From an uncultured delta proteobacterium (GTDB lineage: Bacteria; Myxococcota; Myxococcia; Myxococcales; Myxococcaceae), in contig CAVQKE010000004.1 of assembly GCA_963713045.1 (NCBI GenBank), positions 128,001-192,000 on the forward strand: DNA of 64,000 nucleotides. Reading direction: 5' to 3'. Both the position numbers and the translations under genes were made by a program. This document shows positions 39,782 through 49,716 of this stretch, piece after piece. Within the stretch, counting starts at the first letter, position 1; each line of letters begins with the position of its first letter. The notes beneath the pieces are model-generated. The model had not been told where the DNA came from. It searched no databases and was given only the letters and a program-made list of their open reading frames with translations.

Positions 39782-40399
39782 GTGGCGCAGCGGCTCGGAC
39801 CTTTGGAGGCAGCCACCGTCGGGTTTCGCCTTCACACTGGTTGGGCAGTGGCCGTGGCCCTCGCGTCGAAGCTGCGGGTGGTGGACCGGCGGCGTTTGAC
39901 GCTGGTCGAGGAAACGGACCATGACGCGGTGTTCGTCTACCACGCGGCGGCCGAATTGGGCGCCGAGGCGGCCGAGCACCATGTGACGAAGGCTCTCGGA
40001 ATTGCCCAGGCTCGCGCCGTGAACGAAATGACTCAGCTTGTCTCGGACCTGGCGGCCAGCAGGCATTTCATCTCCGCGCTGGGATTGCCGCGCCGTCTGC
40101 AGCGCCCACTTCCGTCCTTCAGCGACATCCTCCATTCACATCCCCTCATTCATGCCGCCGAAGGCGAGCTGTTTCGTTCCGCGCTCCTCGACGCTTGCAC
40201 CAAGCTTGGATTGACAGTGGTCGGCGTCGCGTCCAAGGAGTTGCTGCCGCAGGCGGCGCAAGCCACCGGCCTTCGCCCAGCGGAGTTGAAACGGCGAATC
40301 GAGGGGCTTGGACGAACACTTGGAGCGCCCTGGGCCAAGGACCAGAAGGAGGCGGCGCTGGCGTCCCTGGTTGCGGCCGGTGCCACGTCAACCCGTTAG
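39782..40399 (+). CDS. Hypothetical protein
   Basis: Starts 4 nt after the previous gene; globular composition (GFRLHTGWAVAVAL, HPLIHAAEGELFR, GAPWAKDQKEA). Confidence 0.7.
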   Translation: MAQRLGPLEAATVGFRLHTGWAVAVALASKLRVVDRRRLTLVEETDHDAVFVYHAAAELGAEAAEHHVTKALGIAQARAVNEMTQLVSDLAASRHFISALGLPRRLQRPLPSFSDILHSHPLIHAAEGELFRSALLDACTKLGLTVVGVASKELLPQAAQATGLRPAELKRRIEGLGRTLGAPWAKDQKEAALASLVAAGATSTR

Positions 40400-40447
40400 G
40401 GGCCGGTTCGCGACCGCACAACGGCGCGAGGGCCTCAGCAGGACGCT

Positions 40448-41533
40448 TCAATCACCGAATGAGATGCCCAATTCTCGGCAGGTGTGCACCGTGTCGCCAT
40501 CCAGAGGGACGCGCTTGATGCCGGTCACGGCGTCGGCGAGCGGGACGGCCATCATTTCCGGCGGGTGGAAGGCCACCATCACGTTGCGACGGCCCTCGGC
40601 AATGAGGCGGACCGCCGCCGCACCAAACCGTAGGGCCACCAGGCGGTCAAAAGCCGTGGGTGAACCTCCGCGTTGCAGGTGGCCCAGGACGAGGGACCGA
40701 GTCTCCTTGCCGATGCGTCGGGTGATTTCCGCAGCGACCCATTCGGCGACGCCCCCGAGGAGAGGCTCTCCACGGCCTGGCGACTGCTCGTCCCGCGTGA
40801 GTGGGGCGGACCCAAGCGGCTGCGCGCCCTCCGCTGCGACCACGATGCCATAGTGCTTGCCGCGGCCCTCGCTCTCGGTCAAGGCCTGACAGACGCGATC
40901 GATGTCAAAGGGGATTTCTGGCAGCAGGATGACGTCCGCCGAACCGGATAGTCCGCTGTGAAGGGCAATCCAACCCGCGTTTCGCCCCATCACCTCCACC
41001 ACCAAAACGCGCTCATGGGCGCTCGCGGTGGAGTGAAGCTTGTCGATGGCCTCAGTCGCGGTGGAGACGGCCGTGTCGAAACCGAAGGTCGCCATCGTGG
41101 CGGACAAGTCGTTGTCGATGGTCTTCGGGACACCGATGACGGGTAACCCCTTGAGCGAGAGTCGGTGGGCCAGCTTCAGGCTGCCGTCACCGCCCATTGC
41201 CACCAAGGCGTCGAGGCCCAGCTTGTGGAAGTTGAGGACCACGCGGTCCGAGACGTCCTCAAAATGGGTCCGCCCCGTGGAGGGCTCGACCACTGGATAG
41301 TGAAAGGGGTCCCCCCGATTGGTGGTCCCGAGAATGGTCCCCCCGTGCGCGACGATTCCGGCCACGCGTTCGGGGAGGAGGAGGGTGATGCGGCTCGGGT
41401 CGACAAGCCCGGCGTACCCACTCTGAATTCCCAAGACCTCCCAGCCGCGCCGGTGCGCTGCCGTCGTCACGGCGTAGATGGCAGCATTCAGTCCTGGAGC
41501 GTCGCCGCCGCCAGTGCTGATGGCGATTCGCAT
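40448..41533 (-). CDS. pfkA: 6-phosphofructokinase (PfkA family, GGDG/PKTIDND type, probably ATP-dependent)
   Basis: TGGGDAPGLN, GGTILGT, GGDGS, PKTIDND, EVMGRNAGW, LGHLQRGG. Confidence 0.93.
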   Translation of the reverse strand: MRIAISTGGGDAPGLNAAIYAVTTAAHRRGWEVLGIQSGYAGLVDPSRITLLLPERVAGIVAHGGTILGTTNRGDPFHYPVVEPSTGRTHFEDVSDRVVLNFHKLGLDALVAMGGDGSLKLAHRLSLKGLPVIGVPKTIDNDLSATMATFGFDTAVSTATEAIDKLHSTASAHERVLVVEVMGRNAGWIALHSGLSGSADVILLPEIPFDIDRVCQALTESEGRGKHYGIVVAAEGAQPLGSAPLTRDEQSPGRGEPLLGGVAEWVAAEITRRIGKETRSLVLGHLQRGGSPTAFDRLVALRFGAAAVRLIAEGRRNVMVAFHPPEMMAVPLADAVTGIKRVPLDGDTVHTCRELGISFGD

Positions 41534-41707
41534 CAGCTAGTCTTCCTTCCTTGGAAGGGCGGGCGGCGCTGGCCTGTTGCTGAAGGAGCGGACGCCGGCT
41601 GCACGCTTTGGTCCCTCGTCTTTCCGTCCCTGGACGGGCACGGCCAGCGTAGACCCTTGCCGAGGGCTGCTCCAGAAGGCCGGGCCAGCCTTGGCGCGGC
41701 GCCCGCC

Positions 41708-42241
41708 CTATGCCTCGGTCTGGGAGGCTGGGGTGCGCGTAAAGGGATGCTCACTTTGGGCAAAGCGCCACGTGACGAAGAGAGGGAGCAGCCACCAGGG
41801 AAGGTTGGCGCCGGCTACCGTCGCGATGGCGGGACTCCGGGACGGACCCACACACTCCTCGAACATGATGATGGTCACGATGGCGAACATCATCCCTGCC
41901 CAAAAGAAGGCCGGAATGCGAATCCACTCCTTGCCTCGGATGATGGCATAGAGGGCAACCGCGTAGAACGGCCCGAACAGCAAGACGTCAATCCAGATGG
42001 TCGCGCGCCACCATGCCGGCCGCGCGTTCTGGAGCGGGTCGAAGTTGTCGCCCCACCAGTGCACCAGGTCGACCATCGGTCTGGGCGGCCACGCCGGGTA
42101 GGCGAAATGGTCCCGGGAGGCGATGACCAGCTGCTCGAGGTCGACGATGTAAGTGATGAGCGCGAGGTTCACCACGAAGAAGGCAAGGATGAGCCAATCC
42201 ACCGGCCGGTCGCGGAGCGGGATGACCGTTCTCGACGCCAT
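41708..42241 (-). CDS. EXPERA/EBP-like (TMEM97/TM6SF-like) four-TM protein
   Basis: Four TMs; D-E in TM1, WW...DPL...P.W loop, intramembrane D in TM2, E at end of TM3, N.PW..LP in TM4. Confidence 0.7.
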   Translation of the reverse strand: MASRTVIPLRDRPVDWLILAFFVVNLALITYIVDLEQLVIASRDHFAYPAWPPRPMVDLVHWWGDNFDPLQNARPAWWRATIWIDVLLFGPFYAVALYAIIRGKEWIRIPAFFWAGMMFAIVTIIMFEECVGPSRSPAIATVAGANLPWWLLPLFVTWRFAQSEHPFTRTPASQTEA

Positions 42242-42371
42242 CCGGCGACCGTAGCAGAGACGCGTCTCAGTCCAGCCCGCCGCCGGCGCTGCGGGAGACG
42301 ACCTCCGTGGCGGCGAAACGGTTGGTCGGTTTCACGCCATCGCCTTGACGCAGTGCAGTAGTGTCTCGGAT

Positions 42372-43508
42372 GTGGCCGGAAGGCACCACGTCATTCTCGT
42401 CCCAGGCTTCTTCGGCTTCGTCAACCTGGGCGACTTTGCCTATTTCGGCCACGTCCGGGATTTTTTGGCTGAGGTTGGCCCGGCGCACGGCTTGGACGGC
42501 GAGATTCGCGTCTCCCTGACCGAACCGACGTCGCCTCTCGAGCGTCGGGCGGCGATGCTCGCGGAAACCGTGTCCGCGCTCCTCGACAGCGCAGGCGGCC
42601 GCATCAGTCTCGTTGGCCACTCCTCGGGAGGACTGGACGCCCGGCTGCTGCTCACACCTGGCATCGCGCTGCCGACCGGCGTGGACGTCGAACGGTGTGC
42701 TGCCAGCGTCACGGCAGTCGTCACCGTTTCCACGCCTCACCACGGCACTCCGCTGGCCCAGCACTTCAACACCCTCTTCGGCCAGAAGCTTCTGGCACTC
42801 CTGTCTCTGGCCACCGCCTACACCCTGCGCACCGGGCGGCTTCCGCTCAGCTTTGTCCTTCGCCTAGCCCGCTTACTGCGGCGGGTGGATTCTCGGCCGT
42901 CGGGCGTCGTCGACCAGCTGTTTTTGCAGCTTCTTGGGGACTTCTCCGGCAAGCGGCGGCAAGCCATCGAGGACTTCTTTCACACCGTCGGCAGCCACCA
43001 GGGCCTGGGGGGCCAACTGTCTCCGGCGAGGATGGAGGGTTTCAACGCCTCCACGCCGGACCGCGCCGGCGTTCGCTACGGCTCGGTGGTGAGCCGCGCA
43101 AGGCCGCCCGGCGCCCGGTCCCTCATCGGCGCAGGGTTTGGCCCCTATGCCCAGGCGACCCATGCCCTGTTTGCCGTGCTGTACCGCTTCGCAGCCGGCC
43201 GGCCAGGAGACCCGCCCACCCAACTCACTTCCAACGAGAAGGCCCTCCTGCGCCAGTCCTATGGCCGAGTGCCGGACCACCGAGCCAACGACGGAATCGT
43301 CCCAACACTGAGTCAGCTGTGGGGCGAAGTCATCGCCGCCGTCTGGGCTGACCACCACGACGTGATTGGCCACTTCCGGGGAAAGACGCGCGTCCCCCGC
43401 CATTTCGACTGGGTGGCCTCCGGTACTGGGTTTGACCGGCCACACTTCGAGGTGCTGTGGCGAAAAGTGGCCGCATTTCTCGCCGGCGATGGCGGCCCGC
43501 GGCGCTAG
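42372..43508 (+). CDS. Triacylglycerol lipase-like alpha/beta hydrolase
   Basis: LVPGFFGF oxyanion, GHSSGG, STPHHGTP, NDGIVP, DHHDVIGH. Confidence 0.88.
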   Translation: MAGRHHVILVPGFFGFVNLGDFAYFGHVRDFLAEVGPAHGLDGEIRVSLTEPTSPLERRAAMLAETVSALLDSAGGRISLVGHSSGGLDARLLLTPGIALPTGVDVERCAASVTAVVTVSTPHHGTPLAQHFNTLFGQKLLALLSLATAYTLRTGRLPLSFVLRLARLLRRVDSRPSGVVDQLFLQLLGDFSGKRRQAIEDFFHTVGSHQGLGGQLSPARMEGFNASTPDRAGVRYGSVVSRARPPGARSLIGAGFGPYAQATHALFAVLYRFAAGRPGDPPTQLTSNEKALLRQSYGRVPDHRANDGIVPTLSQLWGEVIAAVWADHHDVIGHFRGKTRVPRHFDWVASGTGFDRPHFEVLWRKVAAFLAGDGGPRR

Positions 43509-46500
43509 GAGGAGGCGGCCGCTTCGGCTGGGACGGCGCGCTTCCAGCTCTTGCGGTGCCGGGAGAAGCGGTCAAGCGAAAGGTAGATGACTGGCGTGGT
43601 GAAAAGCGTCAGCACCTGTGAGATGAGCAAGCCGCCGACGATGCTGATGCCGAGCGGCTGCCGGAGTTCGGAACCGAGGCCCGTTCCAAGTGCCAGCGGA
43701 AGCGCTCCGAGGAGCGCAGCGGCGGTGGTCATCATGATTGGCCGGAAGCGCAGCAGGCTCGCCTGATAGATGGCCTCCTTGGGCGATAGCCCTTGGTCTC
43801 GCTCGGCCTCGATGGCGAAGTCGATCATCATGATGGCATTTTTCTTCACGATGCCGATGAGCAGGATGATGCCGATGAGGCCGATGACGTTGAACTCCAC
43901 GTGACAGAGCATCAACGCGAGCAGGGCGCCGACCCCCGCGGTCGGCAGGGTGGAGAGAATCGTGAGGGGGTGAACGTAGCTTTCGTAAAGTACGCCGAGG
44001 ACGATGTAGACGGTGAACAACGCCAGCAGGATGAGCAACGGTTGACTGGCGAGCGAGGATTGGAACGCTTGGGCCGTGCCGGCGAACCCGCCGATGATGC
44101 TGGCCGGCATACCGATTTGCGCCTTCGCCCGTGAGATGGCAGCAACGGCATCGCTCAAAGACTTCCCCGGTGCCAGGTTGAAGGACAGCGTGATGGAGGG
44201 AAACTGGCCCTGGTGGTTAATCGCCAAAGGAACCGTGCTTGGGTGCCGGTGGGTGAGGGCGCCGAGCGGGACCAAACCGCCGGCGAGGGAGCGGACATAC
44301 AGCACGTCCAGGCCGTCCGGTGTGTCGAGGAACTCCGGTTTCACCTCGAGCACCACGCGGTACTGATTGAGTTGGGTGAAGGTGGTCGCGACCTGGCGCT
44401 GCCCGTAGGCGTCGTACAGCGTGTCGTCGATTAGCTTCGCCGGAATGCCGAGGCGAGAGGCCGTGTCGCGGTCGATGTCCACGTTCAGCTGCAGGCCGTT
44501 CGTCTGCTGGTCGCTGGCCACGTCACGAAGCTCGGGCATTTTGAGCATGACCTCCAGGAGCCGCGGCGCCCACGTACCGAGCACACTCAAGTCCGCTGAC
44601 TGAAGGGTGTACTGGTATTGGGTCCGAGAGAAACGGCCGCCGATTTTGACGTCCTGCGCCGCCTGGAGGTAGAGCCTGATGCCCTCGATTTTGCTCAGCT
44701 TCGGCCGCAGCCAAGTGATGACCTGGTCGGCGGTCCGCTTGCGCGGCGGACGAGGGGCGAGGTCGACGAAGACGTTTCCGGTATTGGTGGTCCCACTCCC
44801 TCCGATGAAAGCGACAGCGTGCGCGACGTCGGGGCTCGACTGGACGGCATCATCCAATGCCTTTTGACGCTTGCGCATCGTGTAGAACGACACGTCCTGG
44901 GGAGCGTCCGAGACACCGATGAGCAGTCCGTTGTCTTGTTGTGGGAAGAGACCCTTCGGGATGATGATGAAAAGAAAGACCGTCAGTGCGACAGCGCCAA
45001 ACACCACGCCGAGCATGAGGCGGGTATGGCCCAGGACCCAGGTCAAGCCCCGGCCGTAATGGGCCAGCATCCCGTCGAAGAATCTCTCGGACAAAAGGTA
45101 CAGCCGTCCGTGCTTCTTGGTCTTGCTTTCGCCCAGCAGCCGGGCACACATCATTGGCGTCAGCGTCAATGAAACCAGCATCGAGACGAAGATGGCGACG
45201 CTCAAGGTGACTGCGAATTCGCGGAACAGCCTGCCCACCACGCCCTGCATCAGAAGAATGGGGATGAAGACCGCCAGCAACGACGTCGTCATCGAAACGA
45301 TGGTGAAGCCGATTTGCTTGGCGCCCTTGAGCGCTGCCGCCATCGGGCTGTCGCCGGCCTCGACGTAGCGGGCGATGTTCTCGGTGACGACGATGGCATC
45401 GTCGATGACGAAGCCAGTGGCGACGGTTAACGCCATCAGCGACAGGTTGTTCACGCTGTAGCCAAGCAGAAACATCACTCCGAAGGTGGTGACCAAGGAC
45501 AACGGCACAGCGACGCTAGGGATGGCAGTCGCGCGGAAGGACCGGAGGAATACAAACACCACCAGCACGACGAGAAAGACACTGAGGACGAGCGTCTTCT
45601 CAACATCGCGGACCGAGCCACGGATGGTCTGGGTTCGGTCCAGCGCGGACTCGACTTTGAGTGCAGGGGACACCGAACTCATCAGCGAGGGCAGAATGGC
45701 TTTCACGCGCTCATTGGTGTCGATGATGTTCGCGCCCGGCTGGCGCCGGACGATGATGAGCACCGAGCGAACGCCATTGGTCCAGGCGGCAGTCCGGTCG
45801 TTCTCGACATCGTCGAACACTGTCGCCACGTCCCCAAGTCGGACGATGGCATTGCCAGACCGCGCAATGACCAGTGAGCGAAACGCATCCGCGTTGAGCA
45901 GCTGGTCATTGGTGGCGACCGCAGCCGTCTGGGTGCTTCCGCTGAGGTTTCCCTTCGGCTGGTCGAGGGTGGCCACCCCCAGGGCGCTCCGGATGTCCTC
46001 CAGGGTGAGGTTGACGCCGGCCAGGGCTTCTGGGTCCACCTGCACGCGCACGGCCGGCTGCTGTCCGCCCCCAACCGTCACCTGTCCCACGCCGTGCACC
46101 TGCGAAATCTTCTGCGCGAGGATGGTGATGGCGGCATCGAAAACCTGCGGCAAGGGCAGGGTGTCCGACGTCAGGGAAAGGATGAGAACCGGCGTGTCGG
46201 CGGGGTTGACTTTCCGGTAGTTGGGGAGCTTGGGCAGGTTGGCCGGCAGGTCGGCAGCGGCCGCATTGATGGCCGCCTGGACGTCGCGCGCCGCAGCGTC
46301 GACATCCTTCTCCAAATCAAACTGAAGGGTGATGGAGGTGTTGCCGAGAGTGCTGGAGGACGTCATCTCGTTCAAACCGGCGATCCGCCCGAAGCGCCGC
46401 TCAAGCGGCGTCGCCACGGCGGAGGCCATCGTTTCTGGGCTCGCTCCGGGGAGCGCCGCGCTCACGTTGATAGCTGGAAAGTCGACCCGCGGGAGGGGGG

Positions 46501-46603
46501 CCACCGGAAGCTGGGTGTATGCGGCTGCTCCGGCAAGCAACAACGCAGCGGCCAGCAGCGATGTGGCAATGGGCCGGCGGATGAAAGGCTCGGAGATACT
46601 CAC
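43505..46603 (-). CDS. mdtC: RND efflux permease MdtC-like
   Basis: SEPFIRRP, GFVIDDAIVVTENI, GIVKKNAIMMIDFA, RFRPIMMT. Confidence 0.9.
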   Translation of the reverse strand: MSISEPFIRRPIATSLLAAALLLAGAAAYTQLPVAPLPRVDFPAINVSAALPGASPETMASAVATPLERRFGRIAGLNEMTSSSTLGNTSITLQFDLEKDVDAAARDVQAAINAAAADLPANLPKLPNYRKVNPADTPVLILSLTSDTLPLPQVFDAAITILAQKISQVHGVGQVTVGGGQQPAVRVQVDPEALAGVNLTLEDIRSALGVATLDQPKGNLSGSTQTAAVATNDQLLNADAFRSLVIARSGNAIVRLGDVATVFDDVENDRTAAWTNGVRSVLIIVRRQPGANIIDTNERVKAILPSLMSSVSPALKVESALDRTQTIRGSVRDVEKTLVLSVFLVVLVVFVFLRSFRATAIPSVAVPLSLVTTFGVMFLLGYSVNNLSLMALTVATGFVIDDAIVVTENIARYVEAGDSPMAAALKGAKQIGFTIVSMTTSLLAVFIPILLMQGVVGRLFREFAVTLSVAIFVSMLVSLTLTPMMCARLLGESKTKKHGRLYLLSERFFDGMLAHYGRGLTWVLGHTRLMLGVVFGAVALTVFLFIIIPKGLFPQQDNGLLIGVSDAPQDVSFYTMRKRQKALDDAVQSSPDVAHAVAFIGGSGTTNTGNVFVDLAPRPPRKRTADQVITWLRPKLSKIEGIRLYLQAAQDVKIGGRFSRTQYQYTLQSADLSVLGTWAPRLLEVMLKMPELRDVASDQQTNGLQLNVDIDRDTASRLGIPAKLIDDTLYDAYGQRQVATTFTQLNQYRVVLEVKPEFLDTPDGLDVLYVRSLAGGLVPLGALTHRHPSTVPLAINHQGQFPSITLSFNLAPGKSLSDAVAAISRAKAQIGMPASIIGGFAGTAQAFQSSLASQPLLILLALFTVYIVLGVLYESYVHPLTILSTLPTAGVGALLALMLCHVEFNVIGLIGIILLIGIVKKNAIMMIDFAIEAERDQGLSPKEAIYQASLLRFRPIMMTTAAALLGALPLALGTGLGSELRQPLGISIVGGLLISQVLTLFTTPVIYLSLDRFSRHRKSWKRAVPAEAAASS

Positions 46604-49600
46604 CGGGCAGGCTCCGGTGCGGCGGCAGGACGCGGAGCCCTCCGGGCCCGGAACCATTGGGCCAAGCGCTCCATGTACAGGTAGATGACCGGCGTCGTGT
46701 AGAGGGTCAGCACCTGGGAGATGAGCAGGCCGCCGACGATGGTGATGCCTAGGGGGCGGCGAAGCTCGGACCCGGTCCCGGTGCCAACGGCCAGCGGGAG
46801 ACCGCCGAGGAGCGCGGCGAACGACGTCATCATGATTGGACGAAAGCGGAGGAGCGACGCTTCAAAAATCGAATCGCGGGGGGTCAAGCCACGGTCCCGT
46901 TCTGCCTCCAGCGCGAAGTCAATCATCATGATGGCGTTCTTCTTCACGATGCCAATGAGCAGGATGATGCCGATGAGGGCGATGACGCTGAATTCCATCC
47001 CACACAACATGAGAGCGAGCAGAGCGCCGAGTCCGGCCGAAGGAAGGCTGGAGAGAATGGTGATGGGGTGGATGTAGCTTTCGTAGAGGACGCCGAGGAC
47101 GATGTAGACGGTGATGAGCGCTGCGAGGATGAGAATGGGCTCGCTCTTGAGGGACTCGCCGAAAGCCTGGGCCGTCCCCGTAAAGGAGGCATGCAGACCG
47201 GGGGGAATGCCCACCTCGGCGGTGGCTTTTGTAATGGCTTGCGTGGCGTGTCCAAGGGCCACGTTGGGCGCCGTGTTGAACGAGAGGGTAACCGATGGGA
47301 ATTGCCCCTGGTGGGCGATGACGAGCGGTGACACCGTCTGCTTGGTGGTGACGAAGGTCGAGAGCGGAACTTGGTCTCCCGTCGGCGCACGGACGAAAAT
47401 ATTTTGGAGTGCTTCCGGACCCTTTTGGTACTCGGGCTTCACCTCGAGGATGACTCGGTAGAGATTGAGCTGGGTGTAGATGTTCGAGACGATTCGCTGT
47501 CCGAAGGCATCGTAGAGGGTGTCATCGATGGCCTGGGCCGAGATGCCTAGGCGCGAAGCGGTATCGCGGTCGATGACCAGCGAGGTAATGAGCCCGCCGG
47601 CCTCCGAGTCACTGGCCACGTCCTGCAGCTCCGGCAGCGTCCGAAGTTTGGCCAGCACGATGGGTGCCCAGTGCGCGAGTTCGTCCGGGTTGGCGTCTTC
47701 CAGGGTGTACTGGAACTGGGTTCGACTGAAGCGGCTGTCGATTTGGAGGTCCTGCACGGCTTGCAGATAGACCGCGATGCCCTGCAACTCTCTCAGCTTC
47801 GGCTGAAGCCGGTTGATGATTTGCTCGGCGTTCCCCTTCCGCTGGCTTCGGGGTTTGAGGGTGATCGAGAGCCGGCCGCTGTTGGTGGTGGGGTTGGTCC
47901 CGTCGGCACCGATAAAAGAGGCCACGTTTTCGACCGCCGGGTCCTGCAACACCGCGTCGACCGCCGCTTGCTGCAGCTGCATCATCTTCTGGAAGGAGAC
48001 ATCCGGCGCGGCTTGCGTGACGCCCAGCAGTAAGCCCGTGTCCTGCTGGGGGAAGAAGCCCTTGGGGATGACGATGGTGAGCACCACCGTCAATACGAAG
48101 GTCGCGATGGTGACGAGGAGCGTCGTGAGCTGGTGGTCGAGGACCCAGCCCAGCGTCCGCTTGTAAAACGCGAGCATCGCATTCACACCACGCTCGGAAA
48201 GCTGGACCAGCTTTGCACGCTGGTTCATGGGCTTCTCGCGCGTCAGCATGTAGGCGCACATCATCGGGGTCAGTGTGAGAGAGAGCACTGCCGAAACCAC
48301 AATCGCCACCGCCAACGTCACGGCAAATTCTCGGAACAGTCGGCCGATGACGCCGCTCATGAAGAGCAACGGGATGAGCACCGCGACCAGTGAGACCGTC
48401 AACGAGACGATGGTGAAGCCAATTTGCTTGGCTCCCTTGAGGGCCGCGTCCAACGGTGCATCACCGCTCTCGATGTAACGGGAAATGTTTTCAATCATCA
48501 CGATGGCGTCATCGACCACGAAGCCGGTCGAAATGGTGAGCGCCATCAGCGTGAGGTTGTTGAGGCTGTAGCCCAACAGGTACATCACCCCGAACGTCCC
48601 AACCAGCGAGAGGGGCACCGTGACGCTTGGAATTGCGGTGGCCCGCAGGTTGCCGAGAAAGAGGAAAATGACCGCCATCACCAAGACGATGGTGAGCATC
48701 AGCGTGAACTCAACGTCATCCACCGAAGCCCGGACGGTCTCGGTGCGGTCGCTGAGAACCTGAATTTGAATCCCGGACGGCATCGACGCCTGCAGGCGGG
48801 GAAGCAGCGCCTTCACTCGGTCTGCGACCGCGATGACGTTGGCGCCCGGCTGACGCTGGACGTTGAGGATGATGGCCCGGTCGCGATTGGCCCAGCCGGC
48901 GAGCTGAGCGTTCTCCACCCCGTCGATGACCCTGGCCACATCCTCCAGACGGACCGGGGACCCATTGCGGAAGGCCAGGATGACAGGCCGGTAGGCGGAG
49001 GCCTGGAAGAGCTGGTCGTTGGTGGCCAGGGTGTACTCCTGCCGAGGACCATCCAACGCACCCTTGGGCTGGTTGACATTGGCGGCGACCAGCGCGGCGC
49101 GCACATCCTCCAGGCTGAGGCCGGTGCCAGCCAGTGCTGCCGGATCGACCTGGACCCGGACTGCCGGCTTTTGACCGCCGTTGAGGGTCACCAGCCCGAC
49201 GCCAGACACTTGGGAAATTTTCTGAGCGAGGATGGAGTCCGCATAGTTGTCCACCTGGTCCAGCGGCATGGTGTTCGAACTGATGGCCAGGGTGAGGATG
49301 GGCGAATCCGCCGGGTTGCTTTTGCTGTAGGTGGGTGGCGTCGGCAGGGTGGCCGGGAGCAGGGTGGAGGCTGCGTTGATGGCTGCTTGCACGTCCTGCT
49401 CGGCAGCGTCGATGTTTCGGTCGAGGTCGAACTGGAGTGTGATTTGGGAGCTCGCCTCGCTGCTCACCGACGTCATTTGAGACAGCGACGGCATCTGACC
49501 GAATTGGCGCTCGAGCGGCGTTGTGACGGCCGAGGCCATGGTTTCTGCGCTTGCGCCAGGAAGCGCGGTGGAGACGACGATGGTGGGGTAGTCCACCTGG

Positions 49601-49716
49601 GGAAGCGCGGAGATGGGCAGCTGGCGAAAGGCGACGACTCCGGCCAGCAGGAGGCCCACCATCAACAGGGTGGTGGCCACCGGCCGCCGGATAAACGGTT
49701 CAGAGATGCTGTTCAC
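46600..49716 (-). CDS. mdtB: RND efflux permease MdtB-like
   Basis: LPQVDYPTI, ERQFGQMP, GFVVDDAIVMIENI; tandem with a second RND gene. Confidence 0.9.
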   Translation of the reverse strand: MNSISEPFIRRPVATTLLMVGLLLAGVVAFRQLPISALPQVDYPTIVVSTALPGASAETMASAVTTPLERQFGQMPSLSQMTSVSSEASSQITLQFDLDRNIDAAEQDVQAAINAASTLLPATLPTPPTYSKSNPADSPILTLAISSNTMPLDQVDNYADSILAQKISQVSGVGLVTLNGGQKPAVRVQVDPAALAGTGLSLEDVRAALVAANVNQPKGALDGPRQEYTLATNDQLFQASAYRPVILAFRNGSPVRLEDVARVIDGVENAQLAGWANRDRAIILNVQRQPGANVIAVADRVKALLPRLQASMPSGIQIQVLSDRTETVRASVDDVEFTLMLTIVLVMAVIFLFLGNLRATAIPSVTVPLSLVGTFGVMYLLGYSLNNLTLMALTISTGFVVDDAIVMIENISRYIESGDAPLDAALKGAKQIGFTIVSLTVSLVAVLIPLLFMSGVIGRLFREFAVTLAVAIVVSAVLSLTLTPMMCAYMLTREKPMNQRAKLVQLSERGVNAMLAFYKRTLGWVLDHQLTTLLVTIATFVLTVVLTIVIPKGFFPQQDTGLLLGVTQAAPDVSFQKMMQLQQAAVDAVLQDPAVENVASFIGADGTNPTTNSGRLSITLKPRSQRKGNAEQIINRLQPKLRELQGIAVYLQAVQDLQIDSRFSRTQFQYTLEDANPDELAHWAPIVLAKLRTLPELQDVASDSEAGGLITSLVIDRDTASRLGISAQAIDDTLYDAFGQRIVSNIYTQLNLYRVILEVKPEYQKGPEALQNIFVRAPTGDQVPLSTFVTTKQTVSPLVIAHQGQFPSVTLSFNTAPNVALGHATQAITKATAEVGIPPGLHASFTGTAQAFGESLKSEPILILAALITVYIVLGVLYESYIHPITILSSLPSAGLGALLALMLCGMEFSVIALIGIILLIGIVKKNAIMMIDFALEAERDRGLTPRDSIFEASLLRFRPIMMTSFAALLGGLPLAVGTGTGSELRRPLGITIVGGLLISQVLTLYTTPVIYLYMERLAQWFRARRAPRPAAAPEPAR

